Source: the human T2T-CHM13v2.0 reference genome, Homo sapiens | DNA: 64,000 nucleotides | Strand: one strand, 5' to 3' | Assembly (NCBI RefSeq): GCF_009914755.1 | Contig: NC_060933.1 | Part shown: piece after piece, positions 1 to 15,221 of the stretch | Position numbering within the stretch: the stretch's first letter is position 1 | Layout of the letters: each line of letters starts with the position of its first letter | Notes under the pieces: generated by a model | What the model saw: only the letters and a program-made list of their open reading frames with translations | Told to the model about the DNA's origin: nothing | The model's database searches: none | Translations under genes and position numbers: made by a program

Positions 1-2415
1 GTTTTAGTGCCACAGGTATTTTCTCTTAGAAGAAGCTCTGCTTAACATAGATATTTGTCTCAATGGGTAATAAATTACAAAGAAATGGCACTACATGCAT
101 AGATCTGTCTTTCCATGGCTTTCTGGATTATGAAAACATTACCCCACAGGAAGATTATATTACATCTCTGATCTTTTTCTGAGGGGTATTGTAGATTGAG
201 TTTGCTCCAGCCCCAACATGAATATCTCATTTAAGAGCCATTAAAATTGTTTTCTATCTCTAAAATCTGTAAATTTCAAGTCAGTCACACCTTTTTTTCC
301 AATGGGACCTCACACAGACTTTTCACGAGAAGCCTTTTCATGCTTTCAGAAATCATCATTTGCCAGAAAGAATATTAGCTACTCAGCCTAAATCTACAAA
401 GGGAGGCAAAAGTCAATATTCAGTATGATTCATAGGTATCAGCCTCATAAGAAAAATTCATAAATATTAGGAAGGTTAACTTAGATATGACACATGTTGA
501 TTCTTATTAAGTTTCCCACTGACCCTAGGACTTTCTTGGGGCAAGGAATTCTGTCAAGTGTAATGATATCCAAATAGATTTGTAGGATGGCTTTTTCCTT
601 ACAAACTGGAGTCCAAATTATTTTGAATATAGTAAAAGCAACTGTAATTTTTTCCCTGCTTGCCAAATGGGGACCATTGCCTCTCTTTTGGAAAGCTCTG
701 TGTCCAGGTGGACTGAGCCAAGATGTTTTGGGCATCTGTAATGTTTTGCAGGGTTGGTTTGTAAGAGCAACTCAACAGCCTCAGTTGATTCTACCAACTG
801 CTCGCCACCAAATGGTGAAAGTGGTGTGTTGGAACTGACCTAGGTTGGAGCCCTCACAGCTTTCTATTCAGATGGAAAAATAACTTTTGACAGGTTGTTG
901 AGCTGGGTGAGACTGGCTGGGAGGCCACTTCTTATGATTGGGTGGGTATAGATTTTCTATAGCCCAGAGTTAAGAAAACAGTTTGCATAGCTTACAAAAT
1001 TTCTTCTCCCTTCCTGCCAAAGAAACAATCCAGGGAAGTAATTCATCTAGGTACAGCGGACGTGAGATTGTGTGTTGGCTTTGTCTTTTTATCAGCTTAG
1101 CTCTTAGAAAACTTACTTGATCTGTTGGCTGCCTCACCTATAAACAGAGGCACTGATATCTAATTTGTAGGTTTGTTGTAATGCTCAAATGAGAGGTAAC
1201 ACATAAAACACTTGGCAAACAAAAAAAAAATCTTAATAATAGTAGTAATTTTTTTAAAAATCAAATTTTAAAAGAATTTCAGGGGAATTTAATGGAAGAG
1301 GTTCCTAAGGAGTGAACACACTGAAATTCAGAAAGAAGCCCATTAGAATGAAACAACAGATTTCTGGATCTTATCCCAGCTTTTCTATGCCTGTTTCATT
1401 TTGTCAGGGAACCTGGAAGTGACCAACAGAAAGCACTCACACTTAAACAAGTCTGCATGTGACGAAAGTCTAAAGCAGAACAGCACTTGATGCATTTATA
1501 CCTAGAGAGAACCATGATTACCCCATGGGCTTCAGTATGCCTGATTATCTAATTCTTTGCTCTCTACAAAGAAATGTCAACAAGGAGAGTTAAATCTCTA
1601 CTAGGGAGAGAGTTATTAGAAAATATAGAGTGAAAAATGAGTCAACTAAGGACTTTATTGGCTAGTGTGAAAAACCATGAATTCCTGGTTGGCCTTTTCC
1701 ATGGTAGGAATAAAATTCTAAAAAATCCCCAAAACCCCAAACAAACAAACAAACAAACAAAAACATGGTATGTTCATGCCAATGAGACAATGTCTATCCT
1801 GAAACACTTTCTCTCCCTCCCTTCCTTTCTCCCCGTTTAAGTATACTGAATGAGCAGAATAGGTGGGGGTGGGGGGATCAGAAAAAGGCTATTTTTCATT
1901 AAAGCTGCTCCTATGGACCCCATGTCAAATCCTCCATTCCTGCCCCCTCAGATGAAAATCTTTGGCAGCCCAACAGCAGATCTGCTCACTCTTAGAGAAA
2001 ATCTGTCTTCCATCCATTTCAAACCGCAATGCAATTTCATTTCAATAATCAAAATATCCAGTCCCCTTTATTAAGTCAAAATGTTAAACTTCATTACAAT
2101 TTAAGTTTCCCTCCTTCTTAGCTCAGAAAGCCTATTGTTGGTAAGGGGTGTGGGTGTAGGTGTCCTTTGATCAGTTGCTTTTATCCTTTTTCTGCAATTT
2201 ATACTTTTAATTCTTCCTCTCAGTTGTAGAAAATTATGTTCAAGTCAAGGGTGGGGAGGTGAGCTGGGCAGAGAAAGGTTTAGAGACTAGCGTTATCGCG
2301 AGCAGGCATCAGTGCTGTCTGGCCTGGGCAGTTTTTTAAGGTGGATTCTCTTTTGGAGTTCTCTGTGCATAGGTGGAGACTCCGCTTTGCCTTTGTCTTA
2401 TTTCTGGGGGTTTTC

Positions 2416-2783
2416 TGTATTAGTTTGTTCTCACACTGCTATAAAGAACTACTTGAGATGGGGTTATGTATAAAGTAGAGAGGTTTAATTGACTCACAGT
2501 TCTTCATGACTGGGGAGGCTCAGGAAACTTACAATCATGGCAGAAGGTGAAAGGGAAAAAAAGACACATCTTACATGGTGGCAGGAGAGAGATAGAGAGG
2601 CGGTGGGAGGAACCACCACTTTTAAACTATCAGATCTCGTGAGAACCCACTCGCTGTCATGAGAACAACATGGGGGAAACCACCTCCATGACCCAATCAC
2701 CTCCTACCAGGTCCCTCCCTCATCACATGGGGATTACAATTCAAGATAAGATTTGGATGGGGACACAGAGCCCAACTATATCA
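2416..2783 (-). mobile_element. MSTA-type ERVL-MaLR solo LTR
   Basis: Begins tgtattagtttgttctcacactgctataaagaac and ends gatttggatggggacacagagcccaactatatca. This is the reverse complement of the MST LTR, with TG..CA ends. Confidence 0.88.
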
Positions 2784-3439
2784 GCTCTCCTGTATCATGT
2801 CAGTGAATACATCTCCTATGGCTGGTTGCTTAAGAGGCTGCACAACCTCTGCTGAGTTTTCATCAGCCCTCCTGGTTCCTCTCTTAAATAAAGCCTGTTC
2901 AGACGGCTCCTGCATGGCTAGCTTGCTCTGTCACTTGGATCCATTATCAGTGACATGCAGTGACTTCCCAATCTGTTCTACTCAGCTGCTACAGGCTGCT
3001 TCAGTCTACCATCTCCTCTTTAGGTTTTATAGGCATGTCAGTCTGGTCGGTCATGAGTCTCCTGAGCATCCTCCAAACTCTAGGAAATACATGTAGCCTC
3101 TTTTATTCATCTCTTTGAAACTCATTTAGATCAAAATGAGGGGAAAATAAGTCTGTCATGGGATGGAAGTGGAGGTAGGACTTAAAGCATGCTTCAGTGA
3201 CAATCCATCTCTAATGTCCAGCTTAAATTATGTATTCCTTTAATGTATTAGGCTAACACTTGCAAAATCAGTTGTAAGCCATCTCCTTTGTCATTTCTGC
3301 ATAGATGGACAAGCAGCTTACTTTGATATGTTAATTATTGTTTGGGGCATGTAGCTGAAAATGAGGCTGCATGCCATCAAAACCTCCTGTTACTCTTTAT
3401 TTCTTTCTACCTTCCTATGTTTATCATTTCACCAGAAAA

Positions 3440-3900
3440 TGTTGCATGCTCTTTAGTTATATACTAGGCACTCTGTTAGATGCTGGGGATATAAAAGAAA
3501 GTAACAATGGATATGACAAACAAATAAATGTACTATTATAATACAAGGTAATAAATGCCATTATGGAAGAAAGAGAAGAGTTCTATACCTAGGAAGGTAG
3601 AGAGGATAGATCTAACTCTAATCTGTAGGATTGGATAAGCTTTCTATTCTAGTGGGAGGCATTGTCTAAGCTGAAACTTGAAAAACTAATAGAAGTGTTA
3701 AGACCAATAATTTGGTTTGAGGGGAAGTATCAAGTAGAATGGAGAATATGTGTGCATAAGCTAGAAGAAAGTAAGAATCTGGTACATTCCAGACAATAAA
3801 ATCCAATTTGCATGAAATATTTACAGAGAGTGTGGGTGCTGGAGTATGGGATGAGATTAGAAAGGAAATTGCAGTAAAATAATAAAAGTTTAAGACTTTT
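3440..3900 (-). mobile_element. Decayed L2 LINE fragment
   Basis: L2 3'-region motifs in antisense (ctaggcactctgttagatgctggggatataaaag; ctaagctgaaacttgaa). Boundaries approximate. Confidence 0.6.
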
Positions 3901-4144
3901 ATGATGAGTACAAATGAAAACGCCTATACTTTTGAGGAAGTGAATCTGTTTATAAATTGTGTTCTTTTAGGTATATTTGGTTACTTTCCATTTCAGAGGA
4001 TCTATCCTGTTTGTAGTGATTAGAATTGGAAGCTGTTTAAGTCTCCTTAACCATATTTGTCACATACCATCTCATTCTTCCATTAATTTGGCAAGCATAT
4101 ACAGAGTCCCACTCTAGCCAAGTCCTCTATAAGACCCTTTGAAC

Positions 4145-4965
<821 letters not shown>

Positions 4966-5231
4966 CTCTGAGTCATAAAGGCCTCTTTCTGTATCTTTTC
5001 TATACTGACAAAGCTTGTTATTACTCTTAATACTTATATGAAGTGTCTAGCTTATGGAAGGTGGGCAGTGACTCTGGGATTCACAAGAGAACTCTAAACT
5101 TAAAACCCTTTAGCAATAGCTTGCTGGGGTTGTTATGTAGAGGAATGCAGCAGGAAAACACAGCTTGTCACCAACAGGAGAAGTTCATAGAACTTGCAGT
5201 TAAGTGCCCTGGGAAGGTGTGGAGCTCATAA

Positions 5232-5663
<432 letters not shown>

Positions 5664-5873
5664 AGCCTTATTTTCTAAATCTCAGCGTTCTCCAAACATT
5701 CTAATATGGCTTATTGTTGCTGCGGTGGAAGTTTTGTCACTGGGTTTTTTCCCCCACTCTTTTTCTTCCCCTCTGCCCCAAAACTCTTTGGATACCAGAG
5801 CATTGCCTGCTGCCCTTAAAGGGAGGAACCTAGCTGATCTGACTCTGATCCTTTTAGCAGTATGTACTTTAGC

Positions 5874-5916
<43 letters not shown>

Positions 5917-6031
5917 AATACATGCATATAAATATATGTGTATATTTTTTCATATGCATTTATATAGATACATAGCAGGGAGGTAGATGGATGGATGGAT
6001 GGATAGATAGATACATACATACATACATATA
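5874..6031. repeat. Compound microsatellite: (TA)/(TG)15, then (GGAT)(AGAT)(ACAT) tetramers
   Basis: Directly visible tandem units. Confidence 0.95.
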
Positions 6032-7126
6032 TTTGCATGATACCTAAAAGAGGGAAAATAATTACATTTGTCTCTTTTCAAATATGTACAGGAAGTGTAG
6101 CCCAGTAAAGGAATCACTTGAGTGTCATTTTTGTTTGTTAAATTTAAATTTTATTATTCCATCTTTTCAACTATGATTCATAGGTTACTAAAAATATCTA
6201 AAGTGAATTAAATTTTGGACATTAGGATCTAAAATTTTCACAATACCAGATTTATCCTGGAATGAAATTAAATACAGCTGTTATTTTAGTGGAGGGATGA
6301 CAGAGTTCTTGTAATCTTCCTATTCTTATTTCAATTTTCTAATTTAGTGTAGATCTTCTTATATTTCTTTCTTTGTGTCTTTTCTCTCAAGAGGCTTACA
6401 GTAAGCCTCCATATTAGGAGGCAAGAAAATGAAATTGGGTGGATGGTTCATTGTCACCTCTGGTAATGATGACAAGACTGTCCATGACAACCATCCCTGA
6501 AAGTATTCTCCTCTTCCATGGAGTTGGCCAAACTTACCTGACCAGTATGTGAAAAATTTGGTTGAAAAGTTTGGTCAATTTTGGAGGCTCAGTTCTGTCC
6601 TTAAAAACGTGTCAGGACTACTAAGATCCATGTTGCCAGAATCTGACAAGAACCTCTTTTCCAACCTGATCACCTCTTTTTACCTCTATCCACCTTACAC
6701 TTAGCTTCCCAACCTGTGTCTGAATTCCCTGGATTCTTCTCTTTTGTACAAGAAGCCTATGCCCCAGAGAGCTTATCTATGCTTTTCTCTGATTTTCTTC
6801 TTTAGTGAAACTCCACACTGTTCCAAGGAATAAATGAGATAATGCATGTAAATGTCTTAGCACAGGCCAAGTGCTCAGTACCCAGAAGAATAAAAGTATT
6901 AATAACTGCTGCAAGCCCTATGATGGATTTTAGGAAAATATGAGTCTACCTTAAACCATTTATCACTCCACCTAAGAACATGTATTACTGTAAATCTCTA
7001 TTAACTGGGTTTCTAATTGGCAATCTATTTTCTTAACGCCTCCACTCCTGGCTCCTCCATTCTCAGTGGGTCACTGTGTTGCAGAAGACAGTTCGTCTTT
7101 TCCCAGCAAGAAGGTCCATCACGATG

Positions 7127-7300
7127 TCTGAGTTCGAATCCAGGTTTTGCTACTTACCAGCTGTGTGACCTTGGACAATTTACCTCCATGGGTCTTAGTT
7201 TACACCTCTGTAGAGTGGGGATAATAATAGTGCTTGCCTCATAAGGTAGGGGAAGGATTAATCGGGTTAAAATGTGCAAAGTATTTGCAAACTATCTGGC
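7127..7300 (+). mobile_element. MIR SINE
   Basis: MIR core: ctgagttcgaatccagg..acttaccagctgtgtgaccttggacaattt..ggggataataatagt. Confidence 0.85.
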
Positions 7301-7855
7301 CCAAGCGATGATCATATGAAGATATATCACTACTATCATGAATCTCCCTGCATTTAGTCCATGACTAACATGAAGCTCCCCAAGAAAGGAAAAACACACA
7401 CATATAAATGGCTTTCTTAGAAAGGAAACTAATCTACAGAGCTGCACATCTACCCACAAGGAGGACCAATCGTATGCTATTATGCAGAGAATAGTTTATC
7501 TTCACATTATCTTGAAATAAAATATAACAGAATCTTGGAATTTTGTTTTTCTCTGAGAAACAAAGTTTCATTAAAGTTTTGGACTTTGCTCCCCCACACA
7601 AAGGCACAACAAGCCCTGAAAGATCCATTTGAGTACCCACTCCTACAGAAGCTAGAAAAGTAATTTGTTTATCATTAAAATTAAAAATATCTTGCCAAAA
7701 CTACTGGAGGACAGTTTCAGCTAGGTTCTCTGATGACATATTAAGTGCACGTGAGATTGTGTAAATTTTCAGTAGCAAGCTCTCAAATCATATTTGTAAT
7801 GGTAATAATAACTTGCATTACTGTTACATAAATGTTAAGGATTAGAATATATTAC

Positions 7856-8152
<297 letters not shown>

Positions 8153-8159
8153 TATTACT

Positions 8160-8520
8160 CTTATGAGTTGAATTTTTGTGTTGCCTAAAATTCATCTGCA
8201 AAATGCTAATTCCCTGTGTAATGGTGTTTGGAGGTGAGGCCTTTGGGAGGCAATTAGGATTAGATTATGTTATGAGGACAGGGCCTTCCTGATGGAATTA
8301 ATGCCCTCCTAAAAACAGGGAGTCATGAGATCCATCTCTGCCTTCCATGTGAGGATACAAGAAGACAGCTGTTTGCAAACTAGGAAGAGATCCCTCACTG
8401 GACACCAGATCTGCTGGCACCTTGATGTACTTTCCAGCCTCCAATACTGTGAGAAATAAATGTTTGTTGTTTAAGCCACCCAGTCTATGGTATTCTGTTA
8501 TATCAGCTCAAACTAAGATA
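8160..8520 (+). mobile_element. MLT1A-type MaLR LTR
   Basis: ggtgtttggaggtgaggcctttgggagg..ttccagcctccaatactgtgagaaataaatgtttgttgtttaagccacccagtctatggtatt matches the MLT1A family. Confidence 0.85.
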
Positions 8521-8953
8521 ATTACATTAAGCCTAATACAATAACTATATATTTTATACTAATATAACTACCTTCATCACTTTTATTTGATAGTGAAGGA
8601 AAGTCTTCTATGAAATTTTCACCTGGGGATCTCATTTGCACTTAAATGATTCCATAATTAAGTTATAAGAGCAGCCTTGCCAGCTTTCTAAAAATCTGCA
8701 TTTAAATTTCACAGGCTGCTTTTACAACAGGATGGATAATGTACTTTGCTCCTGTCTCATCTCAAGTCTCTCTCTCTCCTCTCTGTCCCTTTCTTTCTGT
8801 CTAACATCCATCTGTGCTTTGAAACCTCCTGAATAGGATGTGACAGTATCTGGAAAAGTGTGAGGTCTGTCTGCATTAAGTTGTTGGCACATTTCAATTT
8901 TAGGAAAGTCATAAAGCCCTTATAAACTTTCATAATAAAATTATCAAACAACC

Positions 8954-9284
<331 letters not shown>

Positions 9285-10540
9285 TCACATTATTTCAAGG
9301 AAAGAAAAATTACTTTGTGAGTATGTACACTAAAGAATCTAATTTTATTTTTGTGACAAAATTAGTGTGAGATGGTTGTGATACTCTGAGGCTAGCAGAA
9401 ATGGAGACTCTCTACTGTGAGAATCACATTAAGTTTGTATTTAAAGCACAATTATTAAACCTTCTGAATTATCTGCAGTTAAAATTATTTACATTATACA
9501 ATGTATATGACTATCAACCATATGAGAATAACATGTGGAATCTGCATGAATTTATATAATAGAAATGTAATGATTTATGATCATTTTGCTCCATTAGAAG
9601 ATATAAGAAGAAAAAAAATCAATAGATCTCATTCATTCATCAGCTCACAGTGATTAAGGATACTATTGCATAACAGATCAGGTGCTAAGTGCTGGGACAC
9701 AAAGATAAATTAGACGTGTTCCTCTACATTGTAAAGGACCCTAAAGTTCATCTAATAGTCAGTGATGGAACAGACTCAGAGAGTGGTCTATTTGCTCAAG
9801 ATCCCAGAACTAGTTCATAGCAGAACTAGGTAAAAATTCAAGTCTCTTGACTCTTAACTTTAGCCTGATATTGAGGCCAAATGACAGCTTTAATTACGAC
9901 AGAGAAGTATTAAGAATGTCATTTTGGAAAATTCAAAGTCCACTAGAGGAAAACTCATTTCAGTTAGAGGCTGTTTCTTGCAATCTATTTCTAATTCTTG
10001 GTCTTAGGCCTCCCATGTGTACTGACAGCTGGTAATATATTTGGGTCTTTGAAGAAAGCAACAGGACCTGTTTCTTTCTACGCACTAACTGTGGCTAAGC
10101 AACAAGACCTACTCTCTACTGGCAACAGAATTGGAACCCTTAACTTCCTGTCAGCCACAGCCCACACTGGATTTCCCTAGAATTTTCTAGAAGCAAATGG
10201 CTACCACAGGAAGAAAACCATAGAATTCAGCTGGAAACCATCCAAATTTCCTCATCCTAAGCTTCATCTCCAGCAAGCCTCAGTCAAGGAGACCCACACC
10301 ACAAGGCTATGACATAATTCTTGGTTGCCTGCCAAAATAGAGAAAAAAGGATGAAAAGGAAGAGTTTTTATTGCAAAAAGACAGCTTAGGGAATTTTTTC
10401 TTAACTTAGTGAGATGGAATCCTGAGACAAAGATTTGTTAGAGATAACTTGTGTAGGGGTATTAAACTCAACAGAGATAAAGGGAGATGGGTGAGTAATA
10501 AGAAAAATAAATTAACCCTTGGTGTTTTCTTCAGGCAATG

Positions 10541-10546
<6 letters not shown>

Positions 10547-10623
<77 letters not shown>
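10547..10623. repeat. (AC)23 directly fused to A31
   Basis: Directly visible. Confidence 0.97.
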
Positions 10624-10627
<4 letters not shown>

Positions 10628-10884
10628 ATGCCCACCACATCATCATTTGTATCTTAAGTAAATGCTTGGGGAAAGGGGTTGAGCCAGGAAGGAAGAACAG
10701 GTGTTGTACATCGAACCAAGCCTAAATATTTGGTATGGAACAGTTGAAGATTTAAGATTGTAACTCCAGAACTTCTGATCACTTTTTTTGTATTGTTAAG
10801 GGTAGCAACTGAGATTAGATAACTCACTTGCTGAAGGAAGCACATTCTTGGCTCTGTGCGACATTCACTGTGCCATGAGCTGCT

Positions 10885-11450
10885 AGTGCTTACTGATACC
10901 CATGTGCTCTTTGGCATTTCCCAGTCTCCCTTGCACTTGAGCTGACCATGTGACTATTTCTGACCAATGGACTGAGAGTAGAAGTAATGTGGTCACTTCT
11001 GAGGGAGGTAGTTAAGTATCAAGTGTGACTCCCCTCAACTCTTCGACTCCTTCCTGCACCCCTGCAGCTGGAAGAGGAGGCTTGGAGATGGTAGAAACAT
11101 AAGATGGAAGGGGTCTAGATGGCTGGATGACTGCTTGAGGAGAGTTATTCAAGACTGCTACTTAGCTGATGTCAGACTCTGAGTAAGTAAGAAACTTTTG
11201 TAAGATACATAAAAGTTTAACTGTAGGAAGAAAAGTCATTTTTATCCATGAAAATAAAAGATGCCTAAGATGTATGTTTTCAAATTATATTGGGATTTAT
11301 ATATTTCACTTTATATAAACTCAAAATCATCAACATATGCCTTTGTTCACTTGCTTCTCTGAACTTAGAAAGTCTGTAAATAAATGTAATGTCAAAAGCT
11401 GAAAACACCCAAAGCTACTGTGATTTGTGGATTGTTACAACAGTTAACGA
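10885..11450 (+). mobile_element. MLT1J-like MaLR LTR interrupted by ~200 bp of unrelated sequence
   Basis: catttcccagtctcccttgca..ccatgtgactatttctgaccaatgg..agaagtaatgtggtcacttctg. The 3' end resumes at aagctactgtgatttgtggattgttac (~11412). Confidence 0.7.
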
Positions 11451-11559
11451 GAAATATACATACACTAAATGTGTTCTCCTCATTTTCTTGTGTGTACTGC
11501 TCCAATCTTTTTCAGATGTAACTGCTTCCCCAGGTTAAGGGGAGAGTAACTCTGCTCCC

Positions 11560-11725
11560 TGTTCTGGGATAAAATCCTCTTTGGTCTCTTGGCCATTCCC
11601 TTTGCCAGTGACTGGTTTAGGAGTAGAGATGGGACTCAATAGTTACACTTTCTGGGGGCCTCTGAAAAAGATTTTCTTGTTCTTACAGAAAAGTCACAGA
11701 TTGAAATTGCTCATTTCTGAATAGA
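11560..11725 (+). mobile_element. MLT1K/L-like LTR fragment
   Basis: ccattccctttgccagtgactggtttaggagtagagatgggactcaat..ctgggggcctctgaaaaagattttcttg. Confidence 0.55.
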
Positions 11726-12026
11726 AATGGAGATTTGGAGGGAGAGGTAATGCGGCAAAAAACTCTAAAGTGGTTGCTTAATAAAGTGAGGTAATTTTCA
11801 TTGTCTAGTCAAAATGCCAACATACCAAATATGGTTGATTGGGGCCCTGAAACTGAGGACGAGAAGCAAGGGGAAAGAGAAGGTCCCAAGAACACTGTGG
11901 TAAGCAGGGATTGACAGAGAAATATCTCCCTAAGGAGGGCAATGGCCCCTGACCTATTAGAATAATAATACCTGCCCCCTAATTTTAAATTGTTTCATGT
12001 GTCATAATGTCCTTTTGTTATTGCAG

Positions 12027-12181
12027 ATCCTTGTGCATACAACTGACTTGTGTGGGTGAGGCTTGCAGAAAAAATCAGCTAGAACAGCCTTGGGGGTAGT
12101 GGCAAGGTGGCCAGAGCAATTGACTGGGAGCTGGGAACAGGAATGAAGAGGAAGAGCTGATAAGAAACATGCCCAGAGCAG
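12027..12181 (+). other. Candidate non-coding exon (155 nt)
   Basis: Acceptor ccttttgttattgcag|, strong donor CAG|GTAAGC and a purine-rich (GAAGAG) interior. Stops in all three frames. Not in a repeat I recognise. Confidence 0.45.
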
Positions 12182-14721
12182 GTAAGCACCTCTATCCCTC
12201 CAATCTTCAAAAGCATGCCGGGCGGGCGGATCACACATTAAGTTGGAATGTAAACAGAAGTAAAGGAGTATGAAGAACACTATAGCAAGGAGGAAAAAAA
12301 GCCACACATTTTGTGCCAGACAGACTTAGTTTGAAATCCTATTTATAGATTTTGTTTCATTAGGCAATTTATTTCATTCTCTGAGCTTCAGGGGAATCTT
12401 AGTCATTGCAGTTCTATTACTTAACAAAGTCTTTAACAGTTTTCCACTTACTATGTAACATATATATTTATAACATCTTGTCTAGGATGCAGAAGAGCTG
12501 TATCTTGTATTTCCTTTGCTACATTCAGATGTTCTCATAGGTTGCTTCATGTGTAAAATGAGGACAATGCCATTGTTATACTCTGAACCAAGTTATTGGA
12601 GGAAGCAGTGTGACAAGCACCTCGTAAACCCTGTTAAATGTGCAGATAAGCTATTAATAGAAATTATTGCACCAATTTGATCTGAAGACTCTTCCAGCTT
12701 TGCATGATAGATGCATTGTCATGTCTTATGTTTTGTAAACAGCCACACTTCACCACTATTTAGATAAAATGTGACTAAGTCAACCTTAGTTTCCAGACAA
12801 CCCTGGATAGTTTTTACTTTATCTTGTATTTGGACTGGCGTTGGGACCTCTTTAGCTGAGAATTCCCCTCCCCTCTGTGAGCCATTAGCTGAGAAGCACC
12901 ATTGTCAGAAATTCTGAGGATGACCTGTCACCCCCACAGCCTTGCCCTTTCTGACTTTTCAGCCACCCGCCCACCATCCCCATCTGGTTGAGGCCTTGGT
13001 CAGTGTGGGAGAACAGGAGGAATCTACTTAGCTGAGTCATGACCCAGGTCTAGCTTATGGTATAAAACCAATTAAAGCCCCTTTATCTGTGGCCTGATCC
13101 ATCACATGGGGGTATTGAGGGAGGTGAAATTCCAGCCTCATTTCTCTTGGCAGCTTCTGTGAAGGGGTAGGGTTCCTGGTGGTCATGGAAAAATAAAGCA
13201 CACAGAAAAGGGGGCTGATTGCTTTCACTTCATTCCTGCTGCCTCCCCCAGAAATGTTCTCTGGCCAAACCAAATCCCAGGGCTCCCAGAAGACCCAATG
13301 TACCCAAAGCCAAGAGCAACTCCTACCTCGCTGCCGCTACTTACTGTCCCCAAAGGGCCTATCTAGAGGATCTGGTCAGGAAGCTTAAAAATAGTTGAGT
13401 GTGTGGTGACAAGCCTTGTGGATTTCCTTTGTAAAAATATTCCAAGCAGGGAAATAAACCTTTCAGCAACTTATTTTTCCATTGCTCTGTGGAGCAGCTC
13501 CCACTCTCTGCTGCTATAAGTACTTCAGGTAGCTTGTGGGTGGTAGTGGTGGTAGGGATGCCAGAGGGGAAGTGGAGGGGAGATGTGTCTTGCTCAGAGA
13601 ACCAGGTTTAGGGGGCCAGCAACTATTAGGATCTAGAGGCAACATAACATTTCTGCACATTCTGTATACAGAAGGAAATGTAATTCCAAGCTGCTGAGTT
13701 TGGCACATGAGGCCTTTCCAGATCTAGCTGTGTCCACTGCCCCAGCATCATAAAGTGTCAGTATCAGCAGTTGCCCCATCACATTATGATGCTTGATTCC
13801 TATATGGCTTCCCATCCTCTGTTCCTTCCACTGGGAACCTGGACCCTCACCATCATCCCCAGTCATCATCCAACCTGCCAGTCATTAAAATCCAGCCCAG
13901 AAGTCTGCCTTCTCAGTGAAGTCTTCTCTGGCCTAAGAGTTAATCACTGTTTTCTGAACAACAATTCTGTCATCATTGCATTTATCATATGGTGGGGTGT
14001 TCTCTCATGGGGTTTGTTTTCTATGCATCTTCATGTTTTTGCAGCTGCGTACAGGATCTGGCAATGATCACTACTGCCGAACAGGTTAATCGAGCAATTT
14101 GAAGATGGCAGTATTTCTGCCAAAGAAGACAAAAAGACAGAACGACCAGTTTACAGGCAGCTTAGATAAATGCAGGTTTCCATGAGGTTAAAATTTTGTG
14201 GAATGCTCATGTCCACTTCACATTTCTGTCAGTAAATTACTGTGTTAGAAGTTGTCCCAAATAACACTGCGAAGAACTTTGAGAACTTTTGAGTTAACAA
14301 AGAACCTTATCATCTTTTTCGTTTTCAGCACTCCCTTGAGTTAAGATGTTATGACCCCATTTTTACAAATGTGAAAACAATTTCCACAGAGGAGGTAGAA
14401 GAGGAGAGATAGAGCTGAGACTCAACTCTGATTGCCTGTATCCAGTTTTTTCTTTCCACAAATGACCAAAAAGTACCAAAAAACAAAGAAACTATGAGAA
14501 AAATGCTTTCTAATAGTTGTTTACTATTATGATTATAACTACTAGAAAATATAAAGCCCACATAAGATTTTATGTCTCCAAATTCAAGAAAATCACCAAA
14601 GGGCAAGGCATAGAGTAGCAGACAATAGGCTGCATCCTCACCTGGATCCCGGAAGGGCTTGGCCATCCTCATTGACGCTATGGCAGCACTGATACCTGCC
14701 AACTACTCTCAAGGGACAGGA

Positions 14722-14905
14722 CAGCATGGTGGTTCAGAGATCAGGCTCTGGAGCCAGATTGTCCAGGCTTCAATCTCAGCACCCCACCTATTTCTATGGG
14801 GTCTGGTACATGTTAATCTCTCTATACCACAGTTTCTCCATCTTTAAACTGGTGGTAGTAATTAGACCTGACTCACAGAATTTTGTAAGTTAATAGTATG
14901 TAAAA
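14722..14905 (+). mobile_element. MIR SINE
   Basis: cagcatggtggttcagagatcaggctctggagccagattgtccaggcttcaatctcagc. Confidence 0.8.
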
Positions 14906-14912
14906 GATTAAA

Positions 14913-15221
14913 TGGCCCAGATACAGTGGCTCATGCCTGTAACCTCAACACTTTGGGAGGCTAAGGCAGGAGGACTGCTTGAGTCCAGGAGTTCGAGACC
15001 TGCTTGGGCAACATGGCGAAACTCTGTTTCTACAAAAAAAGAAAAAAAATTAAAAATTATCCAAGTGTGGTGGCATGTGCCTGTAGTTCCAGCTCCTTGG
15101 GAGGCTGAGGTAGGAGGATCACTTTAGCCCAGGAGGTTGAGGCTGCAGTGAGCCATGATGGAGATATTGCATTGTAGCTTGAGTGACAGAGAACCTGTCT
15201 CAAAAAAAAAAAAAAAAAAAA
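14913..15221 (+). mobile_element. AluJ-type SINE
   Basis: J diagnostics (ggaggactgcttgagtccaggag, ggaggatcactttagcccaggaggttgaggctgcagtgagccatgat). Degenerate TSD taaaagat(t/c)aa. Confidence 0.93.

Noticed and set aside
13030-13042. AP-1 sites (TGAGTCA here and at about ten other positions)
   Set aside because: A 7-mer occurs at about this frequency by chance, and there is no clustering that would justify an enhancer call.
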